The notes under the pieces were generated by a model. The model searched no databases. It was given only the letters and a program-made list of their open reading frames with translations, and had not been told where the DNA came from. From NCBI GenBank assembly GCA_012295275.1, contig CM022668.1, positions 12,958,001-13,022,000 on the forward strand: DNA of 64,000 bases, written 5' to 3'. The DNA comes from Chrysomallon squamiferum. Its lineage: Eukaryota > Animalia > Mollusca. A program made the translations under genes and the position numbers. Of this stretch, positions 1 to 12,814 are shown piece after piece (the stretch's first letter is position 1; each line of letters begins with the position of its first letter).

Positions 1-395
1 AGCAATGTTTGTTTAGAAATATAATAATCATAATAATAATAATAATAATATTAATAAATAAATAACCACTGTTTAACTTGATAATAGTACAAATACTGTA
101 AAAAAAAAATGTTTACCTTATGAACTGAGAGCTTAAATTATGCTATAAATTTGTTCTTATCTTGCAGGATCAGTTTCACGGGACGATCGATAAGATTTGA
201 ATAATCAGAAATTAAAACCAGGCTGAGACTGAACTTTTGCTTAGGGCAATCTAGAATTAAAATTTATTTAAATACTTCGATTTTCTATTAGAGAATAGCC
301 TATCTTTGTTTTGCAATTTTTAGTTTATACAGCTCTTCGATTTGTCTGAGCAGTATCAGGAGGGTAAATTTGTCCACAAGTTTTCTTATTGTATT

Positions 396-397
<2 letters not shown>

Positions 398-476
<79 letters not shown>
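398..476. repeat. (CT)n microsatellite
   Basis: Pure CT run. Confidence 0.99.
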
Positions 477-479
<3 letters not shown>

Positions 480-659
480 AATTACTAATATGTTGTTTTT
501 TTTTTATAATTATTATTATTCTGTTTTATTTATTTATTTATTTATTTTTAAGTTATTATTTTTTGAAGATGAGAACCATCACTCATTGTTATGAAGAACT
601 TATTTGAGACTGTTAATAGGTGCGACGTTACAAAAACAGGTAAAATTACAATTTCCTTT

Positions 660-750
660 ATGTGTATATATATTTTATATACACACATACACATACACAC
701 ATGTTTAAATGTTATATACTATGTTTAAATGTTATGTATATGTACATATG

Positions 751-816
<66 letters not shown>

Positions 817-966
817 CATACATACATATATGAATGTATAGATATATAAATATGTGTATATGCGTGTGTGTGTGTACATGTATATGTGTATATGTTTATA
901 TGTATATCTATTCGTATGTGCAAATGTATATGTATCTATGTATTTCTGTATGCATGTATGTATGTG

Positions 967-1023
<57 letters not shown>

Positions 1024-1166
1024 GTGTGTGTGTGTGTACGTAGATGGATATGTATGTACATATGTTTGTAGTATTTGTAGTATATTTGCATATATATGTA
1101 TGCAGGTATGTATGTGTATGTATATCTATTTGTGTAAGTGTGTGTTTAGGTGTGATTGTGTTTGTG

Positions 1167-1205
<39 letters not shown>
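660..1205. repeat. Compound (TA)n/(TG)n microsatellite region
   Basis: Directly visible; source of several spurious ORFs. Confidence 0.97.
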
Positions 1206-1208
<3 letters not shown>

Positions 1209-2020
1209 AATATGTGTAAGTTATGAGCTCAGATTCTGAACAAACTGTGATCTTCTGACATGCATGAAGTACAGAAGTCAGATTGCGAGTCACTGGCGTG
1301 GCCTAAAAACCCGTAAACTTTGTCTGCTGCCAGATTTACAGAAACTGACAAGCAGACCGCAATCCTCTCACATGCACATCAGAATTAAAAAAATTAAGAT
1401 AAAAAAAAAAAGCAACAACAAAACCAAATACGTCCGGCCAAATATCGAATTTGATTTTAATACAAAATGAATAGTGAGAAGGTGAAAAAAAAACAAAATA
1501 TTTACGTATATTTCAGCTTATTTTTTTATTTTTAGTTTTTTTCTTCTTCTTAATTTTAGTTCCATATCTGTTTAGAATACAAACCTATCATCTCGATTAA
1601 TCTTGACGTGTGATGTGGATCGCTCGATATATTGGCACTGTAATCAAATATTCTGGTTTGTTCAGAGAAAAATATAGTCGCGACTTTTTCTCTTTTTTTT
1701 TTTTTTTTGATTTCTTTTATCTAAAGCAGTTTTATTTTATTTTCTTCTTTGTAAAATGGATGAATGTATGTTTACTGTCTTAAAGTAACATAGCTGTATT
1801 AAATTGCTTATGACGACTGTGTATCGAAGGCTGTTGAATGTTTTTCTGTTTATGGGAATGTTCTCGTAAATAATCCCTTACTTGCTAATCGATGAAAAGT
1901 CCGTGTTTACAACGGTGGGTTTTCTGTTATATCATTATTTATTATTGTTATTACTGTTATTTATTTATTTATTTAATCTGGTTGTTTGTTATTTTTTGTT
2001 TATTATTTATATATTTATTC

Positions 2021-2075
<55 letters not shown>

Positions 2076-4042
2076 TTTTTTATTTATTTATTTATTTATT
2101 ATAAAATGCTTGGAATTTAATAACCGTTAACAGTAACATGTTTCAAAGTATTCTTAAATAAATATTCATTAAGATTTGTTATCTGAGAATGAGGATAAAG
2201 GTTAGAATTTAGAGTTTAATGATGGTTACAATCGTTGTTGTCAAGATTTGTTAAAAGGGTTAGGTAAGGTTAGGGTTCTATTTGTAGTTAAAAAGATATT
2301 TCTTAACACATAACAAGATTTTTGAATTTTTACTTGGAAAATATATTTGCATTGTTTCAAAATTTTGTGTGATCTTCGAATTTTTTTTTTAAGTATCAAT
2401 TAATTAATTAATGTTTAACTTCTGTATATATAGAATATTATCGTCTGCCGCCTATTTTAATTTATGACTTAGGCATACTTATAAAATGCATATTTTTAAT
2501 ATGATATTATGATTCGTTATGTGGAAAATATACTTGACTGTCAAATCTACTCGAAATGAATCTTCGACATTTAAATAAAGGATTAATGTCAGCTATCTGC
2601 TACAAATATTTTAATTTATTAAGCATACTTTAAACTAGTTATCTGGTTATCGGACCTTGTTACTGCAGGTAGTATGTAAAAATAACTGATGTATTTAGTG
2701 ATCCATAAGTAATATCGTCAGATATGGGGTTTTTGTTAAGTTATTTTTAGCTAATTAAAAGACATTCGTAAACCCGAGATAACGGCAATGACTATTTATT
2801 TGTTTGCTTGTTTGTTTGTTTATTTATATATTTATTTGTTTGCTTGTTTGTTTGTTTATTTATATATTTATTTGTTTGTTTGTTTGTTTGTTTGTTTGTT
2901 TGCTTACTTACATATTTGTTTCTTTGTTTCTTTGTTTCTTTATTTAACTATATATTTACGTTTATTTACTTGAAACGTACTTTATCGCAATAAAGACGTT
3001 ACTTCTGTAAAACTCTCTTTGAGTAACCAAATACTGAAGTTGCTGGAAATATCTACATGGTTTATTACCTAATAGTTCGAACAGAAATAAAATATGTGCT
3101 CATCGATAAATGAATAAAAGAGAAGTTTCAGCGGATAACTGATAGAGCGCTCCCAGCAAAAAACACCATAGGCTATCGGTTATGAAGACAATTAAAAACA
3201 TTCTTATTCTTGTGTTGTTTGTTTTATGTGTATGTGTTATATTTCTAAGGGTAAAATGTCGTCCATTTGTTGGCAAATAATCATAACTAATTAATTATAA
3301 TAATTAGTTTTAAGTCAACGAAACTTTTTTAACCTCGATCGTGCGTTTTATTTAAGCATATGTGAATTAAGTGGGAGGGAGGGGGAGATAGAGAGAGAAA
3401 GATACACAAACAGATATACATACACACACACACACACACACATATATGTATGTATGTATGTATATGTACATCTGTTTCTCTCTGTGTCTCTCTGTGTGTA
3501 TATATATATATATAGTAAACTAGAGACGGAGACACAGATGAAAACAGAGACAGAAGTTGAGAGAAAGAGAGAGCGCTTCTCAAATTTTTATAAAGGAATA
3601 AATGCACATTTTCAACACCGAATAAAGGCTGGAAGTACAATTATTTGAAACGTGGTCTTGTGAAGAATTGTTTCTAATTTATGTACGTCTGCATTATGCT
3701 AGTCTAGGATTTACCCCTGCTTACACACACTGTACGTTTTGACCACTATTTTCTTATCCTTTGAAGGTATGAGAGGAAACTCAATGCCACTATATATTCT
3801 TATCAGTCGATAATAAGTGAAATGCTGATTCTAAAAGGTTGCAACCAAATACATATTTGGATCCACACATTGTAGGAAACGTTTAAACCCGAATTACAGA
3901 ACACAAATGAAACAAATCTCTTAACTAAATTTTCAACATTTTAGACAGAATTTGATAAATACTTCAGCTCTAGTAATCACGGCGAATCCATTTTTACGTT
4001 TTCCTTCATGAACGTAATTACTCATTTAATAAGTTATCTTAA

Positions 4043-4140
4043 ACGAGAAACGGAGATTTCTTTTTGAGGGTTATTTATTCCACAGTAATTAATCTGTACG
4101 AGAAACAGATATTTCTTTTTGAGGGTTATTTATTCCACAA
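4043..4140. repeat. Short tandem duplication (~55 bp)
   Basis: acgagaaac..gat.tttctttttgagggttatttattccaca occurs twice. Confidence 0.85.
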
Positions 4141-4499
4141 TAATGCGCTACCACTTTTATGTACCATACTAATGGCTTCATCGACCTAGATCTATCCAAT
4201 ATTACTTGTAACAAGTACAAAAAGACAATGAACATTTTGTTTCAGAGTTCTTACTGGTTTATTCCAACCAATGGCTAACATGTACAAAAAAAGAAACAAA
4301 ACATCTAGCTACACACGACCGCACGTTCAATCATTTGTGCTGTCACTCTCTCCCAACAATGCCCAAATTTTTGTGTGAAAACCACAAAGAAATTAACACA
4401 TGCACCCAAACAATTCTCTCTCTGTCTCGCTCTCCTCCTAACACACAAACACACTTTTACTCTCCCAGATGGCAGATCAACATTTGCAAAGCAATGCAA

Positions 4500-4957
4500 T
4501 TATTAAATTATTTTAACTATCAACTGTTACAGCCCTGAATATATTTTGTAGACAATAAAATGTACAATTTGAAATATTTCATTTTTTTTTTTTTTTTTCA
4601 TTTTTTTGTTATCATGAAAGACTGTCAAAGGCATTTCAAGATATGACATCTGAATTTTATTTCATTTTGAAATTAAAAGTGTGAATGTAAAACAAAGTAC
4701 AGCAGTCTTATCATGCAAGTTTCCACTGGGAAAACATCCAGTTAGAAACGTTAACTCTTTATGTTATTTGATTTACAGTTGTCTCCCTTTAATTACTATC
4801 TACATCAAAACCCTTGAACAACGGAAAACCACCGTATTAAATTTATTTAAATTAAGTTCGATAAAATATTTTAAAAGAATGTCTGTAAAATATTAAAAAT
4901 AAAATAAAATAAAATAAAAAAAAAATTAAATATCTTACAGACATCGTATTTAAATAA

Positions 4958-4990
<33 letters not shown>

Positions 4991-6933
4991 AAAATATAAT
5001 TAAACATCCGCCTATATTCTGGATTTTTAAAATTAAATAATATCATTTTTATATTTTTATTTACTTATTATTATTATTTTATTATTATTTTTATTTTTTT
5101 CTCTCAATAAATTAATGATTACATTTAGCAGTAAGTTATATTTTGGTTTAAATACTTTTCAGTTTTGCATGGCCAAACACTAACCCTGAACTGTTAGGAA
5201 ACCTAAGCTTACATACATATTTGCAAATAAATAATATTTAAAATTTAAAGAAATAATTTCATAATTTAATGGCTCATTACAATACCAAATATTAAAGATA
5301 TTCAAAAGCAGTTTATTGTGGATAACAACAACGTTTTAATTTGTAACAAATCTACTGAACCATTATAATTTTTCTTTGGTCATGTCAGAACTAGATACAG
5401 CATTTTTTTTTTCTGTGTGTGTGTGTATTTGTATGTTATGTCATATTTAAATCAATGTTAATCTAGCACCAAAAATAAAAATTTAACCAGTCATTATGAT
5501 TGATATTAAAAAAAACATTAATCTTTAATACAACAGGTGCTTTTTCTAATATTATTGTCAGATATACTTCTAGCCATTTTTATATGAATTGTTTTATACT
5601 GGTATTTTTAATGTTATCCAACACATAATTAATTTATGTGCATACAGAGACAAACTCAGGTTAAGTGTTTTTTTGTTGTTTTTTTGTGATTTTTTTTTTT
5701 TGTCCCAACATTATTAATGTCTGTAACATTTTATTGTACCCGTCTTTTCTAAAATTCTGGTTCAGTCATGATAAAGCTAAAAATGAGTCAAAATATTTTT
5801 CTACTTCAAGCTGCACTGAGCTTGAGAAAGGATTTAAAAAAAAAAAAAAAAAAAAAAAAATGTAGTAAAAATAAAGTATTTAAAAAAAAAGAAAAAAAAA
5901 GTGTACTTACTGTAACAGAACTAAAGATGAATTAATTCTATTTGTAAATTTAAACTTAAATTACAAATTCCTATTTGAAGAAAATAGCCATACTCTTCTG
6001 GTGCTAATAATCATAGACACTTTTAAAGAAAAATAAACCAGTAATTTTATAAGAGAATTAAGAGTGAAGAGGTGACCTCACTTTTAAAACTTCTACTTTA
6101 TATATATATATATATATATTTTTTTAAATTAATCTGTTATTGTTATTTTTGTTTATTTATAAAAATAAAATAAAATTAAATGAAATATAAATGATGGAAA
6201 GCAAAAAGAATAATTATGTTACTTAAGAAGAAATATTGTACAACTAAACATAAACCAATGTCAGAAAAGACTGATCTAAAATATGAGTGCCACCATCACT
6301 GAAGTTAAACCAATAACTAAACAAAACATGGATGTTATTTTTTTTGACAGCAGAAAAATTTTGAAAACAAAAGTCAAATTAAGAACAATTTGTTTATTAT
6401 TGAAGATGCTCTTCAAATATCTTCAACCAAATCAGACAGGCAAACAAACAATTTTTATTTTAATACTTTGTTTTTGTACAAGGACCAAAACTGTATTTGG
6501 CCTTTTGGCGAAATGTGAAACATATTTTCTTTTTGTTTTAGCCTCCATGCAACCTGCATATTAAAAAATGTCCATTTTTGTGTAAAATATATTTAAGTCT
6601 TTAAGACTTCAAGCCATAACCATTTAGAGTTTAAAGCCATAAAGTTTATACTGTGATAACCAAGACATATATTCTTACATAGATTCTATTAAAATTAATA
6701 AAGTCACAAATGTCTGATGAAAACAAACTGAAAAAGATATTTCTAAACAAGACGATACATTTTGTATAATGTACAATATTAAGAATAATAATACTGTCTT
6801 ATAGTCAATTCTGCTTTCTAGCTGCATATGTACATTTATGGTTTTGTAATTTTTTTTTGTTATAGAAAATATTGTTCTGAACATTATTATTTATTTTGGA
6901 GTTATTCTCAAATTTTTGTTTTCTTATCATATA

Positions 6934-6969
<36 letters not shown>

Positions 6970-8863
6970 AAATAAATAGGAAAAGAACAATAAATAGTGA
7001 ATATTTGAAAATGAACAGAAAATGAAAAGTGAAAGAGTAAAACTTTTTTTTTTCGAGGACTGAAGCTTTACTTATATTTATTATTATTATTATTATTTTT
7101 TATTATTTTTGTTACTTATATTTTGTATATTAGGTATGCAGTTCAAACCTATGCTATTATTATAAATTTAATTTTTCTGTGAAAGATTTAAAACATTTCA
7201 TAACTTAATTCCTTATAACTATAATTTCAAATTAAATTTCATTTCAAGTGGGTATTTGTCTTAAAATAATGCAACAAAATGATATGATAAATGTTATGTA
7301 CAGCAAAAAAAAAAAAAAAAAAAAAAAGATTACAAATAAAAAAACCACCAAGAAAAATCAAGTACAAAGGAACAGAAAGATTAATAAATATTTAAACAAA
7401 ATTATACACATTCGTGCTTTGATACAGGTAACTGACAGTTTGAAAGTAATATATGGCAAATACATTTTGAAATCTCCAGCAAATGCAATGAATAATGAAA
7501 ACCCTGAATGTGATATTCTTTTTAATTCCATTGTACTACATATTGATATAAACAATAAATAATAGTACGATATAATTAGTATTTAAAATGCAACGAAGCA
7601 GTGAAATGCCCTATTGTTATATAGTTTTTCATTAAGTTTTGAAAAATAAAACAGAAAGTTTTTTTGAAAGTTGTCAACTATTTTCTTTACCTGTTTTGTT
7701 GCTGGTTTTGTCGAGTGCTTTTGAAAAATTATGAGCATGTCTTGTGGGATGTTTGGCCTCTAGTTTCAAACTAATAAGGTTTGTGCGTTAAGATCTATTT
7801 TTTTAATGTGCTAATATTTTTCAGAATGTGATGTAGTTTAATGTATAATGTCTGACAGAACAAGAGAAAATAAATCAATAAAGAAGTAGAAAATAAAAAT
7901 TTGAATTAAAAATATTTTCAAATAAAATAAACAGTAAAATAAAAAAATAAAAAATAAAAAATGTGTTTCAGATTTTAAGTTCAGAATAAAAATTTTAGTA
8001 TTTATGCTGACAAATTAATGAGGATATAATTAATTATTATATTTATGCAGTACTACAGTTATAATAAATTATCAAAAATATTTTTAAGTATTAAATATTT
8101 CATTTTCAGGACAATTTATTTTTATTTTACACATCCTTTAACAACTATAAATTGTAAGTGATTTATGTAATAAAAGAATAAAATAGAGAAGAAACATACT
8201 GTTAAAAAAAAATCTGTTATTATTAATTTCATAATAAAATGTAAGACTTTCAGGGAAATATTGCTAATATTAATATTTTAAGATTAATATCTTTTCTTCT
8301 ATTTTTATAAGAAAACTTGGAGCATAAATTATTATTGCTTGTATTTAATTTTTACCAAGATCCATAGCAATGAAGGACTAATTAAAAAAGAATAAAAAGT
8401 AGGGGGGGGGCCAAAAAATGAAAAGAAAAATTATACAGCCAAATACTGAAGGAAAGGTTCCAGGTCTTCCATAACATTTGTGTTTTTTTTTTTGTCTTGG
8501 TTATTTTAATAATTATATGGATTTCAGTGGCTACAAATTTCCTGTTAGGACAATATGGGTTTTATTTGCAAATTTTTTTTTGAAATAATTATAACAAATA
8601 TTTTGGCTTTAAATAACTATTTTGTGACAACTGTTCTTTTTTGCTTTTTACAAAACACATTGTCATGTAAGTTTCTGATTCTGTCAGTTTTGGTTTTGTT
8701 TACTGGAAAGATAAATAATGCAACAGGATTTAAAAAAAAAAAAAAAATTATAATATTTACTTTATGTAAGACCAAAGGATTTGCAGAATGAAAATTGTTT
8801 ATCTTCTAATGCTATGGGAGACTAGAATAATTTTTAAGAGTATTTTTAATAAAATTATTTAGC

Positions 8864-8911
<48 letters not shown>

Positions 8912-9592
8912 TTTATTCTGTTATATTATTTCAAAATGTTTTTCTTTTTCTTTAAAATAGAAGAAAAACATTATGCAGGTTAGCATTTAGGCCATTTCCC
9001 TCCAGTAATACATTAAACTCAACACATAACTACAAAATTTAACACTAGTAAAGTAATAACTTTGAGAAAGAGAAAAAATAATAAATAATAATAAACAAAA
9101 ATATTAAAAAATAATAAAAATAAACAACAAATAAAATGAAGTAAAGTAAAAAAAAAATAATTAAAAAATAAAAAGATTAAAAGAGAAAATGTATTTTCCC
9201 ATATACAGACTTTACTTCTGTAAGAATTTCTCTCAAACATTTTCAAAAAGTGGACACATACCATCCAATGCCTGTCACAGTTGAAAAACACACTTGTTGA
9301 TTTTAATTTTAATTCATTTTTTTTTTTTTTTTGGTTTCTGTTCTTCTTCTTTTATTTTCCCTTTTTTTTTTAAAAAAAGAAAGAAACTCAAACACGGGGT
9401 CTCTCGTTTCGTGAAGAAAGTGAAAACGCCAGAAACGAGAACACATCCGAGAGAATTCTTCTCATGTCGTGTGTCTCCTTTTGGTCATGATGAAGGCAAA
9501 TGACAACGTGTGCAGCGTCCGAGGCAGCAGCTGTGTGGTGTTTGTTATCACAGTGACATCACCTAAAGCTGGTTGCCACCGTAGGGTGGGTG
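4500..9592 (-). other. Probable WAC 3' UTR and downstream region (true 3' end not determinable)
   Basis: Follows the stop codon; U-rich on the minus strand, CpG-poor like the gene body, with many candidate AATAAA signals. Confidence 0.4.
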
Positions 9593-9665
9593 TCAGGATG
9601 GAAGAAACGACGATGGCGTCTTCAGGTTATCTATTTCCGTGATCTGCTTGTCGAGAAATAAAATT
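9593..9665 (-). CDS. WAC: WAC last coding exon ([23 protein letters not shown])
   Basis: Matches human ILFLRQQIKELEKLK; TTTAG acceptor; TGA at 9595-9593. Confidence 0.94.
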
Positions 9666-12600
9666 CTAAAAAAAAAAAAAGAAGAAGAAATTAAATAAAA
9701 TGAATTAATGATGAGTAACTTCTGAAATTTAACGCCATAAATGTCTGTGTTCGTGCTTTTTTAAATTTTTCATATCAGTTAATATTCATTCCTATTTTTT
9801 GCTATCTATAAAATACCTATAAACATTTTTAAATTTAAAAAAAAAAAAAAACTGAATTTAAAAACAAAATGAATATGAAACAAAATAAAACAAAAATTTA
9901 AAATATAACAATTTATTTGCAACACCACCACCTCCAACATTAAACCACCTTTATTTCTGGTCCCATCTAAAGACATTAAAATTTAGTTTTTGTTTCAAAT
10001 AAAAGTTTTGAAATTATTTTATTTAACTACAGCAACACTAACTGACCTTTGTTCATGCAATGTAGACTGTATTTCTGCTGTGCGCACTAATGACCTATCT
10101 TTCTTCAGCTCAACAGAAACTCGACTACACTGTAAACTGCCTAAAGCCAGTCCTTCATCCCGGTACAAATGTGCCTTAAACACAAAATAATTCAAATTAA
10201 AAAACATGTTAATGAACTTGGTTTATAAAACCCCTGACATTTACTCAAATAATGAAGTTACTGGCCATAAAAAATGTTTGTTTAAATAAAACTTATTTCT
10301 AACAAGAAGAGATAAATAATAAAAAAAAGTATTATTTTTAAAAAAAAAAAAATCTTTTCACACTAATTTGTAGCGTTTTTGTCTGTAATATGGATTATGC
10401 TGTGACAAAAATAAATATAATTAAAACAATTTAGTGACATGTAGAACATATTCTAAATTGGTAAGTAATTTTGATATTTAGAAAACAAAGAAAACATATG
10501 CAAAACAACTTTAGCCAAGTCCATTATCTTAGATTGTTATGATAAAGAACCCTGCCAATATCAGATGGTGGCATGCTTGTGTGTTTTTTCTCCTATATTC
10601 TACAAAAAATATGTCAAAGGCTAGTAGTCAGAGTAAGTTATATGACCATGCTAAAACTGATTACTGAACAGATCTGCACAATGTTATTATTTTATTGTAT
10701 TTTCAATGTTTGTAAGTATGTTTACAAGTTTGAAACATAAACTAATCAATCCTGTACACGTCTAATAATTTATCTGTTATCTGGGTGCATTTGAAAACTG
10801 AATCCTTTAACAAACTGGACCTGTGTAGTAACTTTTAGCTTACAGTCCTCTGGTTGAGTTTGAAAATCGGTTTTCTTTTTCAAGACAAGACAAGATGACA
10901 AGCATCTTACCTGTTTTTCCACATGTTCTGCCTGCCAGCCTAGCACATGACCAATAAGTTTCTCATTAAAGTAGTTGCTAAGGGATGGTGTCAGTTCTAC
11001 CGATTGTTCCTTCTTGATTATTGCACCTGATAGAGCACTCGTTACTGGGGCAGTTTGGGGTTGGTTGCTACTCTGCTTGGGACTCCTGAAATTAAACATA
11101 AAATAATTATGAAAAAAAAAAATATATATATATATATTTTATCATAAGTAAGAGTTATTAAAAAGTTAAATGGTTAATACAGCAAACTTTTCAATGAAAC
11201 AATTCAGTGTTAATTATATTTAGGTAATGCGTTATTCGGTGTAAAAACTAAATGTCAGTCTTGATATTTTATGACTTTTTATCAGTTTATTATCAAACTT
11301 TTTACAATACACATTAATTAATAAAAGAAAGAGGTCTGAAAAACGTAGCAAATCTCTTTCCAGGAATAATTAAATTAACTGATAAAAACAGAGATTTGTT
11401 CATTCCCATGGACTGATCACATAATGCATGTTACATGCAAAAACAGACAAATGTTTCTGAAAATGGGATAACGAAAGTGTTTGCAAGAACATGGTATTTT
11501 ATATTGAGAATTTGCTTTAACAAAACTTCTAACAAATCAAACAAACTCACCATGTGGGACTGGCATTGGACAGTGGACTGTGGTGGTCATGGTGGTCACC
11601 ACAGTTAACATTCTGCTGTTGTTCTGTCTGCTGCTGTGAGGTGAGAGGAGGACCCTGTATATTGTTGCCAAGGTGATGCACTGGCTGACGGCTTGGTTGT
11701 GGGCTAGATAACTGTTTGGATTGTTGTTGCTGTTGCTGCTGTTGTTGCTGGTGCTGGTGCTGTTGCTGTGGCTGGACATTTTGAGCCACTGGAAACAGAA
11801 AATGCAAATGAAGCTTTTATTTCGCACTAATACAAATTTTTATTTCGTGAAAGTTAATGGAAAGTTTAACTACATTTTTAAAGATTTTTTCTATCAGACT
11901 GAATATTTATGAATAAATTATAACAAAAAAAGAAAGAAAGAAAAAAATTCTAAGAGAAAAGAAAAGAAGCATTTTCATGCTGTAACAGAAACAACTCAAC
12001 CATTAGTTTACTAAATCAATAAATGTTGAAAATGTTAAAATAAAATGCATACAATGTCTGATTTTTATAAACTTATCTTTTCAAAGCAAAAACTATTCTT
12101 AGCAAACAGCAATAAAAAGACATAGCATACATACACATCACTTATAAAAATAGTTCAATCAGTAATTAATAAATGAATAAATTATATTGGTACAGAGCTA
12201 CAGTGAACATCATAAACTGACAAATTTGAATTCTGTTACTTACTCTGTTGAGCTCTATTTATATGCAGATTTAGAGCTTCTTGTAATTTCTGTAATGTTT
12301 GTAAAGCTGCTGTAATACAAAAAATAAACTTTGTCAGAAATCATTAAAAATAGAAAAGGCACAACACCCCTCAAACCCCAAATGTACAACTAGTTTATTT
12401 TTATAACTGTGGTAATTTGTTAGGTAAATACTGTTAGAAGAAAATGGAAATTTAAAAATAAAATAAAATAAAATAAAATAAAATCAAAGGACTTAATCAA
12501 CTGGAGAAAATAAATTTGGGAAAGGCATGTATACTTAATTAATGAGCCAGTCTATTTATGATATTTTTCATTTTCCGTGAAAACCAACAGCCATAATCAA

Positions 12601-12778
12601 ATTAAACAAAAATATGACCACAAAGGTATTAAATAATAAAAATATTTCATCCCAGTTTTAAAACTGACATGCAGCCTCACCTGTACAAGATGGTTTTGAT
12701 CCTTGCCGTGTACCTGTTGGTGTATTTCCTGGTGAAATATCCATGTTATCTGTATGTACATAAGTAGATTCTAAAAAA

Positions 12779-12814
<36 letters not shown>

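Noticed and set aside
370-3648. Many ORFs rich in YI/VC/SL/LL dipeptides, also at 30.5, 41, 44.7, 48.3, 52.6, 56.2, 60 and 63.3 kb
   Set aside because: They are translations of dinucleotide and trinucleotide microsatellites, with no protein signal.
9430-9510. SECIS-like AUGA...GA downstream of the WAC UGA
   Set aside because: There is no 11-12-bp helix II with an apical AA motif, and the UGA sits where WAC orthologues end.
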